Positions 12,939 to 23,188 of a DNA stretch of 36,501 bases are shown here, piece after piece (within the stretch, counting starts at the first letter, position 1; every line of letters starts with the position of its first letter). Location: positions 3,178-39,678 of the forward strand of contig NW_014040557.1 in the NCBI RefSeq assembly GCF_001186125.1. Reading direction: 5' to 3'. This DNA comes from Sphaeroforma arctica JP610. Its lineage: Eukaryota. The position numbers and the translations under genes are program-made. A model generated the notes under the pieces. It saw only the letters and a program-made list of their open reading frames with translations. It did no database searches and had not been told where the DNA came from.

Positions 12939-13739
12939 NNNNNNNNNNNNNNNNNNNNNNNNNNNNNNNNNNNNNNNNNNNNNNNNNNNNNNNNNNNNNN
13001 NNNNNNNNNNNNNNNNNNNNNNNNNNNNNNNNNNNNNNNNNNNNNNNNNNNNNNNNNNNNNNNNNNNNNNNNNNNNNNNNNNNNNNNNNNNNNNNNNNNN
13101 NNNNNNNNNNNNNNNNNNNNNNNNNNNNNNNNNNNNNNNNNNNNNNNNNNNNNNNNNNNNNNNNNNNNNNNNNNNNNNNNNNNNNNNNNNNNNNNNNNNN
13201 NNNNNNNNNNNNNNNNNNNNNNNNNNNNNNNNNNNNNNNNNNNNNNNNNNNNNNNNNNNNNNNNNNNNNNNNNNNNNNNNNNNNNNNNNNNNNNNNNNNN
13301 NNNNNNNNNNNNNNNNNNNNNNNNNNNNNNNNNNNNNNNNNNNNNNNNNNNNNNNNNNNNNNNNNNNNNNNNNNNNNNNNNNNNNNNNNNNNNNNNNNNN
13401 NNNNNNNNNNNNNNNNNNNNNNNNNNNNNNNNNNNNNNNNNNNNNNNNNNNNNNNNNNNNNNNNNNNNNNNNNNNNNNNNNNNNNNNNNNNNNNNNNNNN
13501 NNNNNNNNNNNNNNNNNNNNNNNNNNNNNNNNNNNNNNNNNNNNNNNNNNNNNNNNNNNNNNNNNNNNNNNNNNNNNNNNNNNNNNNNNNNNNNNNNNNN
13601 NNNNNNNNNNNNNNNNNNNNNNNNNNNNNNNNNNNNNNNNNNNNNNNNNNNNNNNNNNNNNNNNNNNNNNNNNNNNNNNNNNNNNNNNNNNNNNNNNNNN
13701 NNNNNNNNNNNNNNNNNNNNNNNNNNNNNTATATATATA

Positions 13740-13811
<72 letters not shown>

Positions 13812-14035
13812 GTATGCATGTATGTATGTATGCATACATACATATGTCTGTATATAAGCAAGTATGCATATATATATATATTTATGCGTGTCTGTGTCTG
13901 TATTTATTCAAGTATGTATGTGTGCAAGTGTATACTTATAAATATATGTAAGTTTTTTGTACGTACGTATTTATGTAAGAATTTCTGTATGCATTTATGT
14001 ATTTATCTATATATCTATATATTTATGTGCATGTA

Positions 14036-14066
<31 letters not shown>

Positions 14067-14150
14067 GGGTGTGTCACGTTTGTGCGCGTGTGTGTACGTG
14101 CGTGTGTGCGTGTGTGTGCGTGTGAAGTTGTGTGTTTGTATGTATGTATC
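12778..14150. repeat. (TA)n/(TG)n microsatellite tract flanking assembly gap 12939-13729
   Basis: Long simple repeats on both sides of a run of N. Confidence 0.9.
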
Positions 14151-14405
14151 CTTGTTTAGATTCTATTGCTCAGTACCTCCTGTTCGGGTTGTACACATCT
14201 GATACATGAGCTCAGTGGCGAATGTGTTTAAGACATTTTCCTGTCGCGTATAATGGCAGGGTTTCATTGTGGAAGCCCCCGCATTCGTTTGATCTCAGTG
14301 TGCGTTTGTGATGCTCTATGTACCTCTTTTTTTTCGGCAGATCTTAGAATCTCAGAGTACGTGGTCTCATTTTTGGTGATGATTGCTTTCACTTCAATGG
14401 GCGAT

Positions 14406-14981
14406 TTATTTCTGCGTTCTATATATGTAGTTTGGCTTTGCATTCGTAACTAAAATGATTACACTACCCTGCGAGCATCTTATAGCATCGGCAATAAGTA
14501 CACAACCCTGTGTACTTATACAACCCTGCATACATGCACAACTATGTGTGCATATACAACGCTGCATACATACTACACAACCCTGTATACATATACAACC
14601 CTGCGTACATATACAACCCTGCGTACATACACAACCCTGTGTACATATACAACCCTGCGTACTTACACAACCCTGTGTACATATATATCCCTCCGTACAT
14701 ACACAACCCTGTTTACATATATAACCCTGCGTACATACACAGCCCTGTGTACTTATACAACCCTGCGTACATACACAACCGTACGTACATCGTGTAGCAT
14801 CGATAATAAATATGCAACCCTTCGTACATTGTGCTGCATTGACAAGAAATACACAACCCTGCGTACATCGAGAAGAATCGATAATATATTCGCAATCCTG
14901 CGGACATCGTGTAGCATCTATAATATATACACAACCCTGCGAACGTCGTGTAGCATCCATGCACTTCGTGGTGTTTATCAT
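14406..14981 (-). CDS. Hypothetical Cys-rich repeat protein (TQGCVC repeats); may be a non-coding repeat artefact
   Basis: ATG-initiated 191-aa ORF spanning the whole minisatellite, about 36 Cys. Other frames are also open over parts of the repeat, so coding status is unproven. Confidence 0.2.
   Translation of the reverse strand: MINTTKCMDATRRSQGCVYIIDATRCPQDCEYIIDSSRCTQGCVFLVNAAQCTKGCIFIIDATRCTYGCVCTQGCISTQGCVCTQGYICKQGCVCTEGYICTQGCVSTQGCICTQGCVCTQGCICTQGCICIQGCVVCMQRCICTHSCACMQGCISTQGCVLIADAIRCSQGSVIILVTNAKPNYIYRTQK
14464..14960. repeat. Compound minisatellite: about 15 x 18-bp units (caaccctgcgtacatata) nested among 39-bp units
   Basis: 'caaccctg' recurs every 18 bp over about 14503-14790 (one unit is 21 bp), then every 39 bp; a 39-bp-type unit also precedes the array at about 14464. 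Confidence 0.9.
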
Positions 14982-15640
14982 GGCCTTCTAAATTAGACAG
15001 TTTATGTTGTAAATTTTCTGCAATTTTACAAACATAGAGGATCTAACAAAAATACATCTAAATACTTTAGGAAATACCATGTTTGGGAAGTGGAAGCTTG
15101 GTCGAGAACAATCTTTTACGCGGTCATAAAAACTAAATCCAATCAAAATATAGGTTCTTGTAAAAACAAAATGCTTTCGGAGTACATATTTTTACTAAGT
15201 AAGTTTTCTATGTAAATATATCATTTTTTTTTAAAGTTCAATGACTCTTTGCCGGTTGCCAGAGAGCGGCAGAGACTCGGAGTCTTGGGCCTTTTGATGT
15301 TTTTTTTTAGAACAAAACAAATGTAACAAAGTATGTACAATAATGGTGCTGGACAATTGTACATAGAATCCAGAGTCCAGAGCCCAAGCCCCACTGACCC
15401 AGGGCCGCAGGGCGGGGCGTCGGCCGTCTGAAACCCTGAATCGAGAATCGCAGTACTGTACCAGGGCACCGCGTGTGATAACTGATGTTGTGACTTGTGA
15501 GGCCTAGAAGCCCTATGGGCTGTTGCTGGACAGTGGACACTGGACAGAGTGCAGAGTGTATATGTATGTACTACATATTATTTACTCAGTATGTACTCAC
15601 TCAGTTTCTCTGACTCTGTATAAATGAATGCTCTAAATAG

Positions 15641-15975
15641 AGTGTTCAAGTGTTGACTGTTGACTGTTGACACTTGACACTTGACTCGTGACTCTGAGCT
15701 CGTGACTCTGAGCTCGTGACTCTGAGCTCGGGTCGTTTTACTGTTTTTTTAAAGTCTGCATGAGACTGGACAGTGGACTCTGTCACCCTGGAAGCTGGAC
15801 TCTGGCCTCTGGGTCTCTGGCTATTGAGATGGCACTCCGGCAGGTCAAAGTTAGTCTGTGAGTCTGCGCAGCAACTGTCAGACTGGAGTGTCAGACTGAC
15901 AAGTGTCAGGTGTGAGTCTGTGAGGCTGTGAGTGTGAGGCGTGAGGCGTGAGCCTTGACTCTTTGTTGAGGTGCC
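15641..15975. promoter_or_regulatory. ApT-depleted, GACTC/TGAG/TCTGG-rich tract upstream of the LOX gene (putative promoter region)
   Basis: Only 3 ApT dinucleotides in 335 bp by manual count. Contains (tgttgac)3, (acttgac)2 and 3 perfect copies of ctcgtgactctgag (15685-15726). Ends about 225 bp before ATG 16201. Confidence 0.45.
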
Positions 15976-16200
15976 ATCGACCCACGTCCACCGAGTCTCA
16001 CGACTCCCAGGAGTTGCATATTCTACTTTACAATAATTTTAAAACATGGGTGCTATGGCTCGCCGCCCGTTAGGCAAAAGGAATCTATAGTGCTTTCGTC
16101 TACAGAGCTTTATTTTTATATATATACCAGCACCTTTTGCATAAAAGTCGCATTTTTGAGGTCTTATTATATATTATTATTTAGAAAGGACCCAAACAAT

Positions 16201-19085
16201 ATGCGAATTCCTAGCTTGTTAGTTGCCGTTCTGGCCGTGGCAAGCAGTACACTGGTACAAGCACATCAGCATGAAGGCGAAGTTGAGGCTGACGCTGAAG
16301 CTGACATACTAGTACCGCTTAACCTTACAAATACCCTCTCTGACGAAAGTGACGAACTGGTCGAGTACAAGCTGACATTCTACACAGGAAATGGGCCGGA
16401 AGATGGCACTAAAGGACCTGTGCGGGTGATGATTCAGGGAGAGCAGGTGACCTTCGCCGAACACGATGACGACACTTTACCCCACCAGACTATCGAGGGT
16501 GAATTCTTACCAGGTACTTCAAAAACGGTTATCTTCAAATCTCTTCCATTGCCAGAGCATGCTGCCTGGATTGATATCTGGAATGATAACAAAGATGGTG
16601 ACGACTGGTACTTATTGGCCGGTGTTAAACTAGAGTACAAAGGTATCTCGCGTGTATTTAGGTACGAAGGACCTGTGCACGCGTGGAAGGCTATGAAGCG
16701 AGCGAGCGCTGTTGGCGGCAATATTGTCCCTCATATCCTCACTATCACTACTGGTGATGCAATAGATGCTGAATTAGAAGGAGGAGATCTATATGGTAAG
16801 CTGTTGTCAGATGGGAGTTATGAGAGTTCTACACAGATGATATCTCATGGAGTACCCTTACAACGCAATCAGACCATTAAGACATACATGATGGCGCCGG
16901 AAGATGCGACCGATGCGCTCAATATCTGGTTTAACGGTAGTAATACGGATATGTGGCTTCTGCAAACTGTGACGGTTCAGCAAGAACCCACCACAGAAGT
17001 TCCTGAGCCACCCATCACTACTATCGATTTTAAGTGGTGGTTGCAAAATAAGATCCCCATACTCATGCATAGAGACTTCGATGATGATGCTCTTAGTCTG
17101 CAACCCAACGAAGAGGAGGGGGTCGAGGGCCGCCTGCGTCTGCCGGACCTCCAAATCGAATCAGACAATATGCTGCGCAATTTGGTATTGTCGGCGGGGC
17201 ATATCTGGAACGATCACAGGTATCATATGGTGCTTTCATATGCAGTACGAGTTACAAGTTGAAAAGTATATATCGATGCTCGTTAGTTTTGCATTGTGGT
17301 TGTAGGTCAGTACAGTGTGATTTAATGGTGATTTTAGTTCTCTGAAAACGAAACGATGTCGTATATATAAATCCAGTCCAGACTTGTTTCTAGTTCTTCT
17401 CAAAATCACATCATTCATTATCTCCTGTATTGCAATATTTAGTGAAAATTAACAAGTTTTGACTATCTTGCGTAATGATTATGATACAGTAAGTAGCCAG
17501 TAGTCATCTTCTCATTGAATATAATCGTGCAAAACAGCAATCATGATGATTTAAACATTAAACAAATGGTTGCAAATATCGTAACGGTAGGGGTGCTGAG
17601 TAGTTTGCAAGGGTAGGAACCATACCTATCATGCCAAAAACTCAGCTTGATACGTTCAAAGGTGCCTAGCAGCATTATTATCAATACCACCGTACTCAAC
17701 GCACATTGTTGCGTGCACGCACAGATGCGCCGCTGAGGAAGGTTGCTTTCTCCCCATGGGTTCGAAAGTAAATGGTGTGATCATGGGATCCTGGCGCCGC
17801 TTCCTGCGCTTCTCTGCCACATACTGGAATTATGGCGATGCTGATTTCTTCCCGAACCCTGATGACAATCCCGAATGTATGTATTTGCAGCTCGCACTGC
17901 TATTAATGTTCCATCATATAATAAGTACACTAGTTTTCAAAACTCAACAGATGATAGCGTAGAAAAACTTGGACCTACATCCGTTGACCGTATCGCTTCA
18001 CTTTATCCTAAAAACAGGGCACGAATGTCACAACCATTACCACGCTCTGGTCGACTTCGCCAAATATACCATCACTAAAGCTGGTAGCGCTGGAAACCAA
18101 GTAGAGCTCGCATCGGCAAAGCAATCACATTGTGCTGTAGACAGCATCTGTGAAGATAGCGATGATTACAACTACAAGTAAGGTTTTGCTAGCATTCTTG
18201 TCGGCAACTTTCTGGTCTTCTCACACCTGAGCATTTTCAAGGCTCGCCATTGAAGCGGGAACATACAAATTTAGCATACTAAGTCTTTACCTTGTGATGA
18301 CTACCGATACAGATGTGCAAATCAAGGTATCACCAAAAACTGTGCAGATCAGTACGGTGAATGGACTGATTGCCAATGGATTGATATTACGCCCCTCAAA
18401 TCGGGCTGGTACGTTCTGAACGCTTATGTAAACATGAACCGACGCGTGAGGGAGTCGGATTACTCGAACAACGGCGCCCATGTCCTTTTCCGGTATGTGT
18501 TGCTTGCTATGTATGACTATATATTTACACAGCCATATTGTTTGAAACTAGCATTTGTATTCTATCTGTGCTTGTTTGAACTTTTCGTCAACTAGAAGTT
18601 AGGTCAATGCCACAAGATTATCGCACGCAAAGCGACTGTGGATAAAACCAATATCCTGTAAAAGTATGTATATTAGGTTGATCTACTTCTTCTAAGAGGC
18701 ATGTATGTACGTCTGGTAAACGAGAAATCCACGAAGTGTGGTTGTGGCATATCACTCTCACGTGGTCCCTCCATTTTCTTTCATCTGTTGGCGCGGAATC
18801 ACACGTATTCACATGGACAAGGTATTTACAGTAAGTATTCAGAATAAACCGCGAAGGACTACCATGAATACTGATTTCTTATTGTTCATTCCACACAGCT
18901 TTAACGCGGACGGTGGAATTGACGACAGAGGAGAGATTGACCGAGCATGCGTGCTGGAGGATTGGGAATGGACTGAGTGTCCCGGTGGTGAAGATGCCAG
19001 TTACGACAGAAGTAACCGGTGCGACAGTAGTTCGAGCTGCTTGCAGACAGGTCACCTGGGATCTAAATCGCGATGGGCCGACTAA
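16201..19085 (+). CDS. Secreted lysyl oxidase-family protein with two N-terminal PLAT/LH2-like domains, spliced, 565 aa
   Basis: Phase-consistent exons: 16201-17219, 17725-17876, 18018-18177, 18313-18492, 18899-19085. Signal peptide MRIPSLLVAVLAVASSTLVQA. PLAT-like repeats: YKLTFYTGNGPEDGTKGPVRVMIQG...DWYL and HILTITTGDAIDA...MWLLQTVTV...FKWWL. LOX domain: LPDL, RCAAEEGC, RRFLRFS, NYGDADF, copper motif WHECHNHYH, KQSHC, QGITKNCADQY, DCQWIDIT, VRESDYSNN. Confidence 0.93.
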
Positions 19086-19377
19086 TACGTGTATGCGATC
19101 GACTGATATACCCTTCTACTGTAGTGATTGGAGGTTGAATGTTTGATGGTACTGGTGCTGGTACTGGTAGATGTACACCACACAGAATGTAATAAAAGAC
19201 TCAAAACTATATGAGGATATCTATTGTTTAAATAACATGCTTTATATAATATCTGAATAAGACTCTTGACATTTGCTTATCTGAATAAGCTCTGCAAGGC
19301 ACTTGATTGGCATCGCAAGGCATGTTTTGAATATATTATAATAATAGAATGCAATCAAATACTTGTAGGATGCTGCT

Positions 19378-19790
19378 ATATATCCTTGCAGAGCAAGTAT
19401 ATTGTACAAAGAGAATTCAATAAAATACGATATATCCTTGCAGAGAGAGTATATTGTATCATGTGAATTCAATAAAATACGATATATCCTTCCAGAGCTA
19501 GTATATTCGAATAAGCGAATTCAATAATATACAGGATGTCCTTGACGAGCTAGTATATTGTATGAAGAGAACCCAATAAAATACGATATATTCTTCCAGA
19601 GAGAGTATATTGTATGAGGCGAATCCAAAAAAAAATACGATCTATTCTTCCAGAGAGAGTATATTGTATGAGGAGAATTCGATAAAACACGATCTATCTT
19701 ACAGAGTAAGTGTATTGAATGAAGAGAATCCAATAGAATACAAAATAACTTTGTAAAGCAAGTATATAGAATGAAGAGATATTCAATACA
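19378..19790. repeat. 52-bp minisatellite, about 8 units
   Basis: Unit approx. atatatccttgcagagagagtatattgtatgaagagaattcaataaaatacg; 'tatcctt' at 19381, 19433 and 19485, degenerating towards the 3' end. Confidence 0.85.
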
Positions 19791-20215
19791 TGCCTTCATT
19801 TCACAACGGTGTTTATAGTTCAACTGTGGTCATGAAATCTAATAAGCATCTTGATGAGAAGCACTTTCGAGGATATATTCAATCCACAGAACGCAATATC
19901 AATACCAATGATTCCACGTTGGTTGGGTACTCGTACACCTACATTCACACGATGATTATAGAGTCTACGAACGATATGCTGCGGCATTTGCGCTTTAATG
20001 GGTGCGTATCAACGTGGCTCTGAACGATTCACCACGGCAACGAGACTATGTGTATTTAAATGTAGGTGGCTACGAAATATCTCTTATGTATTGTGGAATT
20101 AACCCTTTTGTCTGTGTGCCACCAGTGTGGTGATCACTCTGATCAAAATCACAAAATCACAAATGGATGTGGGTGTAAACTGAAATTTGAGAGATAAAAA
20201 TTGCCAAACCCCCCC

Positions 20216-20638
20216 NNNNNNNNNNNNNNNNNNNNNNNNNNNNNNNNNNNNNNNNNNNNNNNNNNNNNNNNNNNNNNNNNNNNNNNNNNNNNNNNNNNNN
20301 NNNNNNNNNNNNNNNNNNNNNNNNNNNNNNNNNNNNNNNNNNNNNNNNNNNNNNNNNNNNNNNNNNNNNNNNNNNNNNNNNNNNNNNNNNNNNNNNNNNN
20401 NNNNNNNNNNNNNNNNNNNNNNNNNNNNNNNNNNNNNNNNNNNNNNNNNNNNNNNNNNNNNNNNNNNNNNNNNNNNNNNNNNNNNNNNNNNNNTTACTTA
20501 TACGTATTATTTTCGTTATTACTAACCTAACTACTCTCGTCGCACTATTAGTTTATTTACTTACTTACTACTATACTATATATATATAGTTCTACTATTA
20601 TTATTATATATATATATATATATGTATATGTATGTATG

Positions 20639-20678
<40 letters not shown>

Positions 20679-20780
20679 TGTGTGTATGTTAGTATGTATG
20701 TATGTATATATGTATGTATTTATTTATGTATATATATATAGATATATAAATTCATACATGCGTATGTATGTATTAATATG
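20216..20780. repeat. Assembly gap 20216-20493 followed by AT-rich/(TA)n/(TATG)n simple repeats
   Basis: Run of N and simple repeats. Confidence 0.85.
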
Positions 20781-21235
20781 AGTATGCAACGATATACACA
20801 TATACATATCTGTGTACATGGACACATAAGATTTTATATCGGTGTATTATCATGCACATATTTGGTGCGTATGTACATGTATGGGAAAACCTATCCATCG
20901 ATACATTTGATAAAACGTATCCAAATACTATTTTTTTTCTGTGCCCATCTGTTTGTATTAGTACATTTGTTTAGAGGTTGGCTTCACTGTCTTTGGCATC
21001 ACTGCAATAGTAGCAGGATCCAATCCTTCGTCATTTTTATAACAGGCTAATTGTCAGACATACCGTGGTCAAGGATACTATACTTGCCTACTCATTCGCA
21101 CTTTGTTTCGATCGCCATTTGCGCTACAAACAGGAATTATCTGGATTGTAAGCGTATATGCTGCTAGCATTCAACGCTGACCTAAACTTTTTACCACAAT
21201 GTCACATACGCAAACAACCAGGTTCTAATTTAAAA

Positions 21236-23150
21236 ATGGGTATTTGGGACGAGGACGATGGTGGCTTGGCCCAGGAGGACTTCTATGCGCTGTTCAATCT
21301 GCAGCGAGATGCGACCGCAGAGGAGATCAAGAGCGCCTACCGACGACTGTGTGTGATCTACCACCCAGACAAGCACCAGAACGACAACGACCGAGAAGGT
21401 ACTATTCGCTTGGGCAGCATCAGCATCAGCATATCGGTTGTGCTTAACGCAATAGTACATTGACCTTGTTTACGGTGTGTGCTCGTTGTGCTCTACACAG
21501 AGGGTGTGAAAGGTTCTCGTGTAACCCGATTGTTTCCTCTCTCCGTTCACCAGCCGCAGCACAGATGTTCGCTCGCATTACGAACGCCTACGAAGTGTTG
21601 ACAGACACAAACCAGCGGGCTGTGTATGACATCTATGGCCAAAAGGGCCTAGACGCGGGCATGGAAGTGGTGCTACGACAGGCATCGCCCAATGAGGTAT
21701 GCACCTGTTTCCAAATGTGCTCATAGATAAATGTTTGTCTATGGGCATGATATGTATTTAGGTATGAATTTATGCTTGTATATTTATGAGTACTGGCATC
21801 AATCGATGCTTTGTATAGTCGTGTTTTATATTGCGCCAAATGCTGTGGGAGTGTGCTTGTTTGAGCATTTTTTTGTTGAGTATGGCGAGCGCAATGTATC
21901 TTGTCCGTATGGTGAGGTTCGCGAGTTCCTGGTATAGATATATATATTAAACAGCTTATTGATATATTTTATTAAACAGCTTATTCTTTCTCGCAGAGGT
22001 TCGAACCGCTCAATTCTGCCTTTCCGTACTTTTACGAATTGTTAGCATGCTGTTGCCCTTGTGAGTTTCTGTACTCGCTCCTGGTGTGCCCTGGTGCTTT
22101 GTATTGGAAAACACACTTTTTCCTATAGCGGTTTGTATCAATCTGATTTAGTTTCTTCTGATATACTCTAGATCCGCGAAGAATACGAACGTCTGAGAAA
22201 GATCCGACAAGAAGAAGAACTGAGGAGGCGCACCAATGAAAAGTCCGTGATTACTGTGGCAGTAGATGCCACCCCCCTCTTCGATTCCAAGTACAGTAAA
22301 GGTATGCTATACGTAGGTTGAATGTGTTTCTAACTTGTTGAAAGTAAACGGTGCAAAACGGCTGTGCGTGGATGCGGCCTATTGGTTCATTCCCATGCAC
22401 CGTTCAAGAAACCGGCACACAAAGATATGATCACATGTGATGGATCCGATGTCAGAAACGGTAGAAATGAGCATCTATCATAAGTATTGCTGGGATCGGC
22501 CGTATTTCGAAACTGGGCCAATTCGTTCGCACTGCACGGACTATCTGATGCGATGCCACTAGCAAGTAAGCAAGATAGTACCAGTGACACGCTAGAGTCG
22601 AATGCAGTGTTTCACATTACCTGCTCCATTTCATATGAGAGTCCAGCTTGCACACGGGGGAGTGAATCGCGGATGGTGGGGTTTTTGATGTGGAGATTCG
22701 TTCGTCTGTGTTTTATGTATTGATGTTCAATGGTAATTGCCTGTCTCGTGTTTTAGTTGGGTGCCGGCAAGTACTCGGCGTATTCTGAGTGGCTGTCGTC
22801 TCACAGAACGTAATCAACCCTCATCCTGTGCGCTCAGAATTCGATTAGATGTCACCAAAGAAGACTCGCTCTTCATCCACTACATCCGTGTTGTCACGCA
22901 TATCCTGTATTTGAGTACCTTAGACTTCAGATCACGCTCGTCTTGCTTTGTCCTGCTTTGGCCTGAGTATGCAGGTCAGGTTTTATCTCTTTGCTTGGTC
23001 TCATGTATCTACACCCATATCGCTTCACAGAGAGTGACTCATTGACGGACAAGCTTTCAGATGTTGAGTTGGGAGCTATCAGTATGCAAGGGACTTTGCT
23101 CGCACCCGTTGGTATGTCTAAGCTGCTATTCGTATTCTATATATATTAAC

Positions 23151-23188
<38 letters not shown>

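Noticed and set aside
14464..14960. CRISPR-like appearance of the regular repeat arrays (also 7373-7795, 19378-19790, 27841-28240)
   Set aside because: The units are contiguous degenerate tandem copies without unique spacers, there are no cas genes, and the context is eukaryotic.
16090..16200. Upstream extension of the 390-aa ORF in the ORF track
   Set aside because: It starts at GTG; ATG 16201 directly precedes a clear signal peptide and is the better start.
21990..22020. GGTTCGAACC B-box/T-loop-like motif
   Set aside because: No cloverleaf or properly spaced A box can be built around it.
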